Of a stretch of DNA of 64,000 nt, positions 29,230 to 39,441 are shown in pieces. Under the pieces are notes generated by a model. It saw only the letters and a program-made list of their open reading frames with translations. It made no database searches and was not told where the DNA came from. The position numbers and the translations under genes are program-made. Each line of letters begins with the position of its first letter. Within the stretch, counting starts at the first letter, position 1. The stretch comes from a bacterium (GTDB lineage: Bacteria; Bdellovibrionota_C; UBA2361; CALJRW01): the NCBI GenBank assembly GCA_031385045.1, contig JANNBC010000025.1, positions 32,001-96,000 on the forward strand, in the 5' to 3' direction.

Positions 29230-29646
29230 GTGGGTATTTATATGACAAAAATAACTGGAAGATATCTTACTGGACTTAAGGTTGAGTCAACTCATTTAGA
29301 CTCAGGAAGCAAATTTACCACAGTTGCGCCAAAGGATAATAACGGGGACGGTAGCTCATTTTCCCCCTCAGATACAGTAGCCAGTGCTTTGGCTTCTTGT
29401 ATGCTAACAATTTGTGGGATTAAAGCCAAGAAGGAAAATCATTCCTTAGCAGGTGCTCATTACGAGATTGAAAAAATTATGCAATCTAATCCACGTCGCA
29501 TAGGTAAATTAGTGTTAACAATTAATTTACCCTTATCCATCCCAGAGAATGCAAGAGCAGGGTATGAAGATGCCTTAAAAAATTGTCCTGTACATCATAG
29601 TTTGCATCCCGATATCGAGCTGGATCTAACTATTAAATACTTATAG
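29230..29646 (+). CDS. OsmC family protein
   Basis: APKDNNGDGSSFSPSD, LASCMLT, PRRIG, CPVHHSL. Confidence 0.9.
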   Translation: MGIYMTKITGRYLTGLKVESTHLDSGSKFTTVAPKDNNGDGSSFSPSDTVASALASCMLTICGIKAKKENHSLAGAHYEIEKIMQSNPRRIGKLVLTINLPLSIPENARAGYEDALKNCPVHHSLHPDIELDLTIKYL

Positions 29647-29665
29647 CTATACCACCTCGAGCAGA

Positions 29666-30310
29666 CTAATCATCTAATTCTACAGCTGCAGTATTATTAA
29701 TTAAATAGGTATGATTGATCGGTCCCCATTGATGAGTCGTTTCACAGTAGGCCTTTAAGCTGTAAGTTGGAATATCAAGATACCAGGCATGTAACTTTAC
29801 CTGATTTTTCTTAATTTTCTTGGCAATAAAATCAACCTCTTTTAATTTATTAATTTGATTCATTACGTGATGTTGCACATTATAGAGCAATGATCTTTTG
29901 GGGTTTAGATCTTTATCACCAGAGCCTACTTCTAGCCATTTATAAATCTCTTCGTATCTCTGTAAATTTTTAGGATTGAGAATAGCTTTAACCGCGCCAC
30001 AATCTGAGTGCCCACAGATTATAATATGTTTAACTTTTAAGATTTCTACAGCAAACTCAATTGAACCAAGGGAGCCACAGTGTCCTTCGTATGGAGAGGT
30101 AATAATATTACCAGCATTTCTGACTACAAAAACTTCTCCAGGCTTAGCACCCATCAAAAAATATGGTTCTACACGCGAGTCGGAGCAGGTGATAAGTAAT
30201 ATTTCAGGATTTTGATTATTAGCTAACTTAAATAGTTGCTTCTTCTCTTGGATGCTGAGGTTTCTCTGTAATTTATTATAACGAAGAATTAGCTTTTGAA
30301 TAATATCCAT
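29666..30310 (-). CDS. Beta-class carbonic anhydrase
   Basis: ITCSDSRV, FVVRNAGN, IEFAV, CGHSDCGA. Confidence 0.94.
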   Translation of the reverse strand: MDIIQKLILRYNKLQRNLSIQEKKQLFKLANNQNPEILLITCSDSRVEPYFLMGAKPGEVFVVRNAGNIITSPYEGHCGSLGSIEFAVEILKVKHIIICGHSDCGAVKAILNPKNLQRYEEIYKWLEVGSGDKDLNPKRSLLYNVQHHVMNQINKLKEVDFIAKKIKKNQVKLHAWYLDIPTYSLKAYCETTHQWGPINHTYLINNTAAVELDD

Positions 30311-30429
30311 TACAAATAATCAGGGTGAGATAAAGTTCTAGCTAATATTTTAGAATAGTTTTTTCAAAAGGAAAATGCTTATTTAAAATTTTTGCGGAAT
30401 AAATAGTTTTTGGAGGTTTCAAGTCATGA

Positions 30430-31221
30430 TTAACTTGAGGCCGAGGAGTAATTTTTCAGTCCTTGATTCCAAACTATTTTAATTAAAAAGAGCATCAGAA
30501 TAAAGGTTATAATCATTGTCCCAAACATTTGATAATCATGAAAATTAAGTAAAAATCTTACTGGCCCAGAGGCAACCATTAGAATTGGAATTAAATAAAG
30601 TAGTAAAAAGCGAATCTTATTTTGAAAAACAAAGTCTGGCCAAAAAACAAATTGCGAAACTTGATAACGTAGATAATTTAAACCGAGACCCTGAACTGTC
30701 CAGAATGATAAAAGAGTAATTAGGATTAGCAGAGTAGAAACAAAAACTCCGGCAAAGATGATGACAAATGGTAGTAAGACCCAGCCTAAAAGACTAAGCC
30801 CGACATGCCAGGCGGCATAAATTAGAATCCCAACTGGGAACCAAAGAATTAGTAAGGAGCCTGCCGATATATATGTAAAGAAGACTGAGAGGATTTCTGA
30901 GGCAGGTTTTAATAATTTAAAATCTAATTGTCCACGTTTTAGATCGTCCTCTGAGAATCTCCAAAGATTTCCGACTACGAAAGTATAGAATAGATCCATG
31001 GCGGTTACAGAAAAGGCCCAAAAGAAAATAAATTCCTCACGAGTCCAGCCGCTAATTTCTTTGACATTATTAAATAGTACTTCAATTGTTAATAATTGAG
31101 TTCCATAGAAAACAATTTCTTCCAAGACGCCCATAAAGAAGTTTGTTCTGAAGCTAAGTGTTTTGATTAAATTAATCCTTAAGAATTGTTTCCAGAGTTT
31201 TATGTTGTGGGTAATGTTCAT
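30430..31221 (-). CDS. ABC-2 type exporter permease
   Basis: Six-TM pattern, GQLDFKLLKP, GLKNYSSASS; ATG at 31221 preferred. Confidence 0.88.
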   Translation of the reverse strand: MNITHNIKLWKQFLRINLIKTLSFRTNFFMGVLEEIVFYGTQLLTIEVLFNNVKEISGWTREEFIFFWAFSVTAMDLFYTFVVGNLWRFSEDDLKRGQLDFKLLKPASEILSVFFTYISAGSLLILWFPVGILIYAAWHVGLSLLGWVLLPFVIIFAGVFVSTLLILITLLSFWTVQGLGLNYLRYQVSQFVFWPDFVFQNKIRFLLLYLIPILMVASGPVRFLLNFHDYQMFGTMIITFILMLFLIKIVWNQGLKNYSSASS

Positions 31222-31229
31222 TTTATTTT

Positions 31230-31352
31230 TGATTTTCAAGAATTTATCAAAGATAAATAATTTATTTCAATATGTTTCAAGCAATCCGCCTACGCCAAGG
31301 CTTCGGCGGGATGATTTTTAATAATTTATCTTTGATAAATTATTAAAAATCA
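31230..31352. mobile_element. MITE-like palindromic insertion with an internal REP-like hairpin
   Basis: Perfect 19-bp palindrome at 31312-31352, degenerate inverted copy at 31230-31269, ccgcctacgccaaggcttcggcgg at 31286-31309. Confidence 0.45.
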
Positions 31353-32147
31353 CATTCCTGAGGCGGTGTATAGTTTTAGACCTCTTCTCCACAGAAAATT
31401 ACAGAATAATAAACTTAATAGTGACCAGCTAATTACCGCAATAAAACAGTTGATAATTTCAGTGTTAGTAGCCAGTCCCATTCCAATTTTAACTGGGAAG
31501 TAGGTCATAAATGGGAAGGGGGTGAGGTAGAGTATTTTTTGAATAGCGGAAGGGAACATATCAATTGGAAAAATTGCACCAGAGAGTAGGTTAACTAAAG
31601 TCACTAAGATAATCCTAAAAGTCCAAGTCTCTTCCAACCAAAAAGCAATTAGGCCTAGGGCAAAACGTAAGAAGAACCACAAGATTGAGACGAAAATACT
31701 GACAGATAGAAATAGGATTAGGCCAATTGGTTCGATTTGGATCATTCCAAGAAGTGCAAAGACGATAATCGAAAAAAAAGAAATGACTAATTGGAGAATG
31801 CTGAACGCTAAAAAACTAGCAAAATGAAACTTCCAAAAACTAAAAGGATAAATTAAATAAGAGCTAATTCTTCCTAATCTGATATCTTCAGCTAAGCTTC
31901 TTTCGCTATATGAGCTAGTCAGTAAAGAAAAGATTAAGATCCAGCACTGGTAACTAAGCATCATTTCCAAAGTAAAACCAGCAATGATTTGTTTGGAATT
32001 ACTTTGGTAAATTACAGAAAATAAATTGTATTTAATTGCTAGAAATAAAATTGCTGGAATAATAGCAGTTGATAAGAAGTCTAGTTTATAGGCTAAGTAT
32101 TGATTCCAATTTGTCTTAATTGTGGCGAACCATTTATTTTGTGGCAT
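31350..32147 (-). CDS. ABC-2 type exporter permease
   Basis: DIRLGRISSYLIYP, LSGAIFPIDMFP, LWRRGLKLYTASG. Confidence 0.9.
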   Translation of the reverse strand: MPQNKWFATIKTNWNQYLAYKLDFLSTAIIPAILFLAIKYNLFSVIYQSNSKQIIAGFTLEMMLSYQCWILIFSLLTSSYSERSLAEDIRLGRISSYLIYPFSFWKFHFASFLAFSILQLVISFFSIIVFALLGMIQIEPIGLILFLSVSIFVSILWFFLRFALGLIAFWLEETWTFRIILVTLVNLLSGAIFPIDMFPSAIQKILYLTPFPFMTYFPVKIGMGLATNTEIINCFIAVISWSLLSLLFCNFLWRRGLKLYTASGM

Positions 32148-33132
32148 TTAGGGCATTCTGTTTATTAAGCAGTATCTTCATTACTTTTTCAATTGGTAGT
32201 TTCTCCGTTTGAAAATCTTGAATTGGGAAGGCATTAAGGATTTTAATCATTTCGTTATTTAGTTGCTCGATTGGGACTTGAAGTTCAACGCTTAGTCCGT
32301 CAGCTTCCCATTCCGGTAGGAATTTTTCCCAGATTGAATCGGCTTGGTTTGGCGCGGATCCAAAGCGCAGAGTCACTAGTTTCTTGTTTCCTAAAATATT
32401 TTGAAAATCAGCTAACTCACCATCAAAGTCTTTTCGTCCATCTAAGACTAATACAATTCTTCGGCAGAGGGCTGTGATATCTGCCATGTAGTGAGAGGTT
32501 AAGATGATCGTGCAATTACTTTCCGTTTGGTAGTTTTTAAGAAAGTTTCTGATGTTCTCTTGAGCCACAACATCTAGGCCAATTGTTGGTTCATCTAAAA
32601 AGATTACTTGAGGGTTATGTAAGAGACAGGCACTTAATTCCATTTTCATTCTTTCGCCAAGGGAAAGTTTGCGAATTGGTGTGTTTAAAATGCTGGATAA
32701 ATTTAGTTTTGCTGTTAATTCAGCTAAACGTTTCTGGTAGAATTTTGGGTCTAATTCGTAGTATGTTGCTAGCAGATTAAAAGAATCAATTGCTGGGATG
32801 TCCCACCAAAGTTGAGATTTTTGTCCCATTACTAGCGCAATGTTTTTTCTAAAATCTAAGGGCCTTGTAAAAGGAGTGTGCCCTAAAACTTCAGCGACTC
32901 CAGAACTGGGAGCAATAATTCCAGTTAGCATTTTGATTAATGTAGTTTTTCCAGCACCATTTGGACCAAGTAAACCAACGAACTCACCACGCTGAATTTC
33001 TAAATCAAAATCTTGGATGGCAATTTTTGTCTGATAGCTTGGTTTCCAAAGTGATTTAAAGGCGGGAAGAAGGCCAGCTTCTTTCTGGGGAATTAAGAAG
33101 TTTTTATTAAGCTTTACTGTTTTAATAATCAT
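32134..33132 (-). CDS. ABC exporter ATP-binding protein
   Basis: GPNGAGKTT, GQKSQLWWD, LSLGERMK, FLDEPTIGLD, TSHYM. Confidence 0.95.
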   Translation of the reverse strand: MIIKTVKLNKNFLIPQKEAGLLPAFKSLWKPSYQTKIAIQDFDLEIQRGEFVGLLGPNGAGKTTLIKMLTGIIAPSSGVAEVLGHTPFTRPLDFRKNIALVMGQKSQLWWDIPAIDSFNLLATYYELDPKFYQKRLAELTAKLNLSSILNTPIRKLSLGERMKMELSACLLHNPQVIFLDEPTIGLDVVAQENIRNFLKNYQTESNCTIILTSHYMADITALCRRIVLVLDGRKDFDGELADFQNILGNKKLVTLRFGSAPNQADSIWEKFLPEWEADGLSVELQVPIEQLNNEMIKILNAFPIQDFQTEKLPIEKVMKILLNKQNALNATK

Positions 33133-33242
33133 GAATCAAATAATCTTGTAGACAGTGCCTTAGACGAAAAAACTTAATTTATTGGTCATTTGTTTTTAGT
33201 TAAGCTTTACAGACAAGTTAAGACTAAATATAGTTATACTTA

Positions 33243-33620
33243 ATGAATAATCAACTACCTGTTTCCAACTTATATTTCGGCTTGGGCTTATTCTCCCTAG
33301 GACTGGCAATTGTTATTGGTGCATTCGGTGCCCACGGACTAAAAGATATCTTAGATGATTACGGGAAGGATGTCTTCTTTAAAGCTAATTTTTATCACTT
33401 TGTAATTGCATTTACAATCTTAATACTTTGCTTAGCACACGTAAGTTACTTAAAGCTAAGTGTCAGTTTATTACTTCTGGCGAGTATTATCTTCTCTGGA
33501 AGTTTATATGTGCTAGCAATTACTGGACTTAAGTGGTTAGGAGCAATTACTCCGATCGGAGGAACTATTATGATTCTAGTAATTTTCTTCCAAGCTTACT
33601 TAGCCTTTAAAGGTCGATAG
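33243..33620 (+). CDS. DUF423 (YgdD/TMEM256) membrane protein
   Basis: GAFGAHGL, FSGSLY, LGAITPIGG. Confidence 0.92.
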   Translation: MNNQLPVSNLYFGLGLFSLGLAIVIGAFGAHGLKDILDDYGKDVFFKANFYHFVIAFTILILCLAHVSYLKLSVSLLLLASIIFSGSLYVLAITGLKWLGAITPIGGTIMILVIFFQAYLAFKGR

Positions 33621-34352
33621 TTAACAAGCCCAATTAATATTCTCAATATATTTAATCAGTGATTCTGCTGATTTAAAGCGCTTATGAATTAGATTTTTTC
33701 TAAGTCCATTGCAGATTGCTTTAACTTCTGGGGGATGCTTACTGTAGTGCTTGCTACCACCAATCGAATCATAAAAAATTTTAATTAAATCAAATAAATC
33801 ATCTTTCATATTCTGATGACGAGGATGGCTCCAATTGAAAAAATCAATAAACTTTAAATCAAAACCAAGGCCATATCTTTTGATAATAATATTATCAGCA
33901 TGTAAATCACCATGGTACTCCTGATAGTTTTGAATTTCAGCAATTCCTAAGGCTAGGGAGTGCAGTAAGTGTAATCCTTGATAAACAGAAAGTCGTTTTC
34001 CAGGCTGCTTGTTAAGAAATTCACTTAATGATTCTCCGCTCACAAAATCGGATACGAGCATGACAACTTTTTGCTCCTGAAAGGAGATAATATCATGGCT
34101 ATGAAAGGGGATTAGGACCTCACAATCCCGAAGTTTATGAAGCTTACGAGCGGCTGCTTTGGAGGTCTTCATTTGCAAGTTCCGGTGAGGAAAGAAGAAT
34201 TTAGCTCCTCGTTCAATCTTTGTGGAAAGCTCTTTAACCAAATACACTTCTCCCTCCCAGCCACTACCAATTTTATTGGTAATATAGTATTTATCTGCTA
34301 CCCGTTCACCTGTTTTAAAGTTGAATGATGTGATGGTTTTATTTTGGTTCAT
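33621..34352 (-). CDS. Stand-alone Ser/Thr protein kinase
   Basis: IGSGWEGEVY, AKFF, HGDLHADNI, IDFF. Confidence 0.85.
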   Translation of the reverse strand: MNQNKTITSFNFKTGERVADKYYITNKIGSGWEGEVYLVKELSTKIERGAKFFFPHRNLQMKTSKAAARKLHKLRDCEVLIPFHSHDIISFQEQKVVMLVSDFVSGESLSEFLNKQPGKRLSVYQGLHLLHSLALGIAEIQNYQEYHGDLHADNIIIKRYGLGFDLKFIDFFNWSHPRHQNMKDDLFDLIKIFYDSIGGSKHYSKHPPEVKAICNGLRKNLIHKRFKSAESLIKYIENINWAC

Positions 34353-34646
34353 GAATTTTCGAATCTTTTTTATTCAAAGTATTAGGGATTAATTTGCTAG
34401 GTCAATTTCTCAGCAGATTAGAATACAATAGTTCGACTATTTGATAAAGGTTTTGTGATTATTTTTTATAAAAATATTTAGTGTAAGATTGAAGAATTTG
34501 ATCGAGAATCTATTTCTTCAAAAACGAATACTAGAATTTTAAGAGATTTGAGACTCAAACACTAACATTCATTTAAGTAATTTACTTTTGACTGTTGAGC
34601 AGTAAAGCCTTACTGGTTTGAGAGTACTTTTATTAGCCGTGGTAAG

Positions 34647-35408
34647 ATGAAAAAATATTTTCTGCTTGTTATGCTAGTCTGTAGCTGGCAATTTGTTTGG
34701 GCCGAAGTGCCAACTGAAAATGTGCCTACTATTTTGGAAAATACTGTCGCTAGTCCACAGCCCGCAGTTACAGCAACTCCAGTTCCGACTCCAGTAGTCC
34801 TGGCGGAAGAAGTTCCTGCGATTACTCCAGAGATTAAAACTTCTACAGTACCGAATGAGGGTAAAGTTGTACCAGTGGAGGCGGAAGAAGGTGCAGGGGA
34901 AGAGATTATTAATGAAGAGATCTTGGGGAAATCGGAAGAGACTCTCACTGAAAAGACAAATTCTAATGCTGAGAAATTGAATACTAAACCTACTGAGCGA
35001 ATTATCTTAGGTTGGGTTGAGCCTATTTCATTAGGTGAAAAGAACTTATCGATTGATTCTAAACTAACTCCGGGGACAGCTGGAAATGCCTTACATGCGG
35101 ATAATATTGTAATGGTTAAGAAGCCTAATGGTACTAAATGGGTTGATTTTGACGTGACGGACAAGCTTGGTCGTACTGTTCGTTTCCACAAGAAAGTCAT
35201 TAGTATGAGAGAAAAGACTGATCCCAAGAAGAATCAATATAAAGTTACCTTAGAATTTTGTCTTAACATGCAACATTTTAAATTAGATTTTATGATTAGC
35301 GATCGAAGCAATTTTGAACATCCTGCTCGAATTGGAAGAGATAGCCTAGCAGGACATTTTATTGTTGATCCGGGATTAACTAAAACCTCAGTTCCAAGTT
35401 GTAAATAA
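34647..35408 (+). CDS. Secreted RimK-associated retropepsin-like protease homolog, probably catalytically inactive
   Basis: Signal peptide, Pro/Glu/Thr linker, LGWVE, SKLTPG instead of K.DTG, DRSNFEHPARIGR. Confidence 0.75.
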   Translation: MKKYFLLVMLVCSWQFVWAEVPTENVPTILENTVASPQPAVTATPVPTPVVLAEEVPAITPEIKTSTVPNEGKVVPVEAEEGAGEEIINEEILGKSEETLTEKTNSNAEKLNTKPTERIILGWVEPISLGEKNLSIDSKLTPGTAGNALHADNIVMVKKPNGTKWVDFDVTDKLGRTVRFHKKVISMREKTDPKKNQYKVTLEFCLNMQHFKLDFMISDRSNFEHPARIGRDSLAGHFIVDPGLTKTSVPSCK

Positions 35409-35420
35409 TTTCTAAAGATT

Positions 35421-35933
35421 TTGCTGATGTTTTTAAAAAGATTATTTTTAGCACTAATTTTAACTTGTAGCGCATGTGCGACCACTGAGGTTAATGCACC
35501 AAAAGTTCGGAGTATTGGCTGGGTTGAGCGTATTCAGATTTATCCTTTTAATATGCAGCTTGATTCTAAAGTTGATACTGGAGCGGATACCTGTTCTGTT
35601 CACGCCGAAGAAATTGAAAATTTTAAAAAAAATAAAAAGGACTATGTGCGATTTAAGATGGTTAATCGCTATGGTCTAACAAAAGAAGTTGAGCGTAAAG
35701 TCTTACGTTTAACTAAGATCAAGACTAAGGAAGGTGGTTTTCAGATTAGACCAGTTGTGAATCTAGGTCTTTGTATCGATGATTATATCGAATATGTTGC
35801 CTGTAACCTGGTTGACCGCTCTAATTTTGACTATCCAGTACTTGTCGGCCGTAATTACCTAGCAGGACATTTTCTAGTCAATTCTTCAGAGACTTACAAG
35901 TCTGAACCAAATTGTGATTTAAGTGAGAAATAA
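35421..35933 (+). CDS. RimK-associated putative ATP-dependent zinc protease (retropepsin-like), possible lipoprotein
   Basis: IGWVE, KVDTGADTCSVHA, RPVV, DRSNFDYPVLVGRNYL. Confidence 0.9.
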   Translation: MLMFLKRLFLALILTCSACATTEVNAPKVRSIGWVERIQIYPFNMQLDSKVDTGADTCSVHAEEIENFKKNKKDYVRFKMVNRYGLTKEVERKVLRLTKIKTKEGGFQIRPVVNLGLCIDDYIEYVACNLVDRSNFDYPVLVGRNYLAGHFLVNSSETYKSEPNCDLSEK

Positions 35934-35938
35934 TTTAA

Positions 35939-37447
35939 ATGAAAAATAAATTTTTAATTGTGCCTTATCTCTTGTTTGCCATAGCCATTGGCATGCTTGC
36001 CTATCGTCACTTTGTATTAAAAGCAAAATTTTTGCCTGTTATTACTAATGATACCTGGAAGCTTGATGTTACTGTGGACGCCGAAGAGTTGGCCTCTGCT
36101 AAGGTTATTAAGCTAAATATTCCAAGTAGTTTAACAAAGGCTAAGATTATCCAAGAAGGTTATAGTCAAACAGTTCAAGGCTTAACTGTTTTTGAAAGTA
36201 ACGGAATTCGAACGTTAGTTTGGTCAAATCGTTCTACTGATAATTCTATACCAGAGAAAGCCTTTAGTTACTCTACAGTATTACAGCAAGGCACGAACGG
36301 CATAGAAATCCCAGCAAACTTATCTCAGCTTTCGGTTGATCTTGTTACTGATTATCCGGGTTATGATCCAGAGTTAATAGGGAAGTTTATTAGAGAGATT
36401 AAACAGGATAATCATAATTTTGCTTTAGAATTGGGAGAATGCTTTGCCGATAATGAATGTTTAGTAGCAAATACAGGAATTAGTAAATCTCTATCAATGC
36501 GCAAAAAAGCAATTCTATTGCTAAATATTCTTCGGCAACAAAATTATCAAGCAGCTGTTGCACGGGGATTTTTCCCTGAGAAGCCAACTAAAGACACCAG
36601 CTTTATCTATTGGGTACGGGCAGAAAAAGATCAAAAGGTCTATAACGTTTTTCTAGACTCCGAGATTCGTAGTGGCCAGCAAGTACTTTTTTGGGATTTT
36701 TTAGATGAGCTTAATCAAGTCCCTCATTCTGTTAAGATGCAGTATTCAATTCTACCAGATGAAAATTATAATTTTCTTAAGCCTCAAAAAGAAGTTATCC
36801 ATAGCAAGTTTTTTGATTTAATTTCGCTACATGACTTACCAGCCTCTGTGCAGGTTGTTTATCGCGTTATGTTACTGATTCCACTTGGAGCATTAATTGT
36901 TGCCTTTACTCGGATTATTATTGGAGTTTCAGCCTTTGGTACGTTTATGTCGGTCTTAGTAGCTTTATCTTTTAATCAGGTAGGTTTGAAAGTTGGCTTA
37001 CTGTTGTTACTGATTATGATAGTTGCTGGACTAATGTTCCGTGGACTGATGAGTAAAATGCGCTTGCTTTCGGTTGCTCGAATTTCTTGTACATTAATCT
37101 TTGTGATTATGTCGATTGCTGTGATTAGTAAGATTTCATGGAGTTTTAATTTCGTCGAAGGATTTTCAGCAACACTTTTTCCAATTATTGTAATTTCCAT
37201 GATGATTGAGCGAATGTCGATTATGATTGAAGAGGCTGGGATACGTCCAACTATTAAAAATTTGATCAATACAATTATCATGTCTTCTGTGATCCATTTA
37301 GTAATGTCTTTAAAGATTGTGCAGTACTGGAGCTTTAGTTTCTGGGAAATGCATATTGTGACGATGGCACTTTTAATGCTGATTGGAAGGTATAATGGGT
37401 ATCGTCTAAGCGAATTGTTTCGTTTTCGTAACTTAGTCAATAAATAG
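35939..37447 (+). CDS. Inactive transglutaminase with C-terminal 7TM domain
   Basis: SLHDLP, LLIPLGAL, GVSAFGTFM, LFPIIV..MIERMSI..EE.G, GRYNGYRLSELFRF. Confidence 0.88.
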   Translation: MKNKFLIVPYLLFAIAIGMLAYRHFVLKAKFLPVITNDTWKLDVTVDAEELASAKVIKLNIPSSLTKAKIIQEGYSQTVQGLTVFESNGIRTLVWSNRSTDNSIPEKAFSYSTVLQQGTNGIEIPANLSQLSVDLVTDYPGYDPELIGKFIREIKQDNHNFALELGECFADNECLVANTGISKSLSMRKKAILLLNILRQQNYQAAVARGFFPEKPTKDTSFIYWVRAEKDQKVYNVFLDSEIRSGQQVLFWDFLDELNQVPHSVKMQYSILPDENYNFLKPQKEVIHSKFFDLISLHDLPASVQVVYRVMLLIPLGALIVAFTRIIIGVSAFGTFMSVLVALSFNQVGLKVGLLLLLIMIVAGLMFRGLMSKMRLLSVARISCTLIFVIMSIAVISKISWSFNFVEGFSATLFPIIVISMMIERMSIMIEEAGIRPTIKNLINTIIMSSVIHLVMSLKIVQYWSFSFWEMHIVTMALLMLIGRYNGYRLSELFRFRNLVNK

Positions 37448-37453
37448 GAATCT

Positions 37454-38341
37454 ATGTTCTTTTTAAATACTTTAAGACAATTAAGAGAGGCAGGGATCCT
37501 AGGGATTAATCGTCGGAATATCGATTTCATTCAGAAATATAATCGCCGTAGATATTTTCCAAACGTCGACAGTAAACTTAAAAGTAAATTATTGGCGCAA
37601 CAAGTTGGGATTCCAGTTCCAGAGCTTTATTATGTGATTGAGTCTTATTTTCAGATTAAGAATATTGAGGAAGTTTTAGCTAAGTATTCTAGCTTTGTTG
37701 TTAAACCAGAGCATGGCTCTGGTGGTAAAGGAATTGTTGTTTTAAATCAAAAGGATGGGAAGTTCTTTAAGCTTTCGGGCGAGGAAGTTAGTCTTGATAA
37801 AATTAAAGAGCATCTGGGAAATACTCTTTCTGGTTTGTATAGCTTAGGTGGGCAACCAGACCGTGCCTTCATCGAGTATAAGGTTGATTTTGATCCGCAG
37901 TATAGCAACTTAAGTTTTCAGGGAACTCCTGATTTAAGAATTATTATTCTTAAGGGGCAACCAGTAATGTCAATGATGCGTTTACCAACTCAACAGTCTG
38001 GTAATAAAGCTAATTTGCATCAAGGTGCGGTTGGAGTTGGAGTCGATCTGCAAACTGGAATGACTACTTTTGCTATTCAAGGAAGTAGCCTAATTGAGTA
38101 TCATCCTGATACTAAAGCCAAGCTTTCTGGAATTAAGATTAATGAGTGGGAAAAGATTATTACCTATGCTGAAAAATGCTATGAAGTATTTAAGCTTGGC
38201 TACATGGGAGTTGACTTAGTCCTTGATGAAAAGCTAGGTCCACTACTCTTAGAAGCAAACGCCAGACCTGGTCTTTCCATTCAAATCGCCAATCAGTGTG
38301 GAATGTTAAAGCGAATTAAAGATTTGAATCTTAGCTACTAA
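37454..38341 (+). CDS. Alpha-L-glutamate ligase-like ATP-grasp protein
   Basis: ILGINRRN, VVKPEHGSGGKGI, PDLRII, MMRLPT..S..KANLHQG, LEANARPGLSIQIAN. Confidence 0.93.
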   Translation: MFFLNTLRQLREAGILGINRRNIDFIQKYNRRRYFPNVDSKLKSKLLAQQVGIPVPELYYVIESYFQIKNIEEVLAKYSSFVVKPEHGSGGKGIVVLNQKDGKFFKLSGEEVSLDKIKEHLGNTLSGLYSLGGQPDRAFIEYKVDFDPQYSNLSFQGTPDLRIIILKGQPVMSMMRLPTQQSGNKANLHQGAVGVGVDLQTGMTTFAIQGSSLIEYHPDTKAKLSGIKINEWEKIITYAEKCYEVFKLGYMGVDLVLDEKLGPLLLEANARPGLSIQIANQCGMLKRIKDLNLSY

Positions 38342-38396
38342 TCTCCCTATGGTTATTGGGCCATAAATTATGTGAGCAAAGAGAGTCGTTAATGAA

Positions 38397-38645
38397 TTAC
38401 TTTTGGCTAGCAACTACAATTTTCAAAAATCCCTTTGGATCTATTCTTTGTAAATTTGTTACAAAAGTTTCTGCTACTGCTCTAGGAACAGTCTCCGATG
38501 AGATGGAAACAGAAGTAATTCCGTCTACTTCTGTAATTGTTACTGATTCGCCAAGATCTTTAATTCTTGCGGCTTGTCGCTGAAACGAAGCATGGGCAAT
38601 TAGTTCTTTGGCAGATTTGGGTTCGTTGCTAGGAGCTGGATCCAT
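38397..38645 (-). CDS. Hypothetical protein, probable start ATG at 38645
   Basis: 82-aa ORF MDPAPSNEPK... downstream of livG. Confidence 0.4.
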   Translation of the reverse strand: MDPAPSNEPKSAKELIAHASFQRQAARIKDLGESVTITEVDGITSVSISSETVPRAVAETFVTNLQRIDPKGFLKIVVASQK

Positions 38646-38697
38646 ATTTACACTAAAATTAAAAGTTATTAGCAATTCTAAATTCTGGGAAAGATAT

Positions 38698-39438
38698 TTA
38701 GTCTTTTGTTCCAAAATAAATTTCTTGTAGTCTAGGATTTTTCCGCACATTCTCAGGGGTATCATCCATGACAACCCGTCCCGCATCAAGGACAATTACT
38801 CGATCGCAAAAACCATAAATAAAGTTAATATCGTGCTCGATGATTAAGACAGTTTTCTGGCGCTTTTTTAGTTTTTTTATAATCTCCGATATTTCCGCTT
38901 TCATTTTAGGGGAGACTCCAGCCGTTGGCTCATCAAGTAAGAATAGTTCGGCACCAAAGGCTAACGTTCTAATAATTTCTAAAAGTCTCATTTGTCCTCC
39001 AGAGAGGCTAGCGGCTTTTTCATTAGCCTTTTCATGGAGCTTAACCTTTCGTAAGAAACCCAAAGCTCTGACCTTATTAATTCGATTCTGTCTAGACCAA
39101 GGCCAGATAGTTGCCCAAAATGATTGCTTAGTTTCTAGGGCAATCAAAATATTTTCCAGCAAGGATTGTTCTCGAAAGATTCCAAAGTTTTGGAAAACTC
39201 TTCCAATCCCGAGTCGCGCACGGTGATAAGGTGCCAAACGAGTTAAATCTATTCCATTTAGAATTAATTTTCCCTCGTTGCTTTGATGAAAACCAGAAAT
39301 GCTATTAAACAAAGTTGTTTTCCCACTTCCATTTGGTCCAATAATCCCAACAGTCTCACCAGAATTAATCTGGATATCAATTCCTTTTAGGATGTGTAAT
39401 TTATTTAAAGTTAAGTGTAGCCCTTGTATATCTAACAT
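38698..39438 (-). CDS. livG: Branched-chain amino acid ABC transporter ATP-binding protein (LivG-like)
   Basis: GPNGSGKTT, GIGRVFQ, LSGGQMRLLE, LLDEPTAGV, IEHD. Confidence 0.85.
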   Translation of the reverse strand: MLDIQGLHLTLNKLHILKGIDIQINSGETVGIIGPNGSGKTTLFNSISGFHQSNEGKLILNGIDLTRLAPYHRARLGIGRVFQNFGIFREQSLLENILIALETKQSFWATIWPWSRQNRINKVRALGFLRKVKLHEKANEKAASLSGGQMRLLEIIRTLAFGAELFLLDEPTAGVSPKMKAEISEIIKKLKKRQKTVLIIEHDINFIYGFCDRVIVLDAGRVVMDDTPENVRKNPRLQEIYFGTKD

Positions 39439-39441
39439 AGC

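Noticed and set aside
34610..37530. Long antisense ORFs (205 aa at 34610, 184 aa at 36976)
   Set aside because: They overlap well-supported + strand genes and have no motifs
37454..38341. ATP-grasp as a graspetide ligase for the precursor at 2846
   Set aside because: It belongs to the alpha-L-glutamate-ligase-like operon about 34 kb away, and the precursor leader is lasso/RRE type
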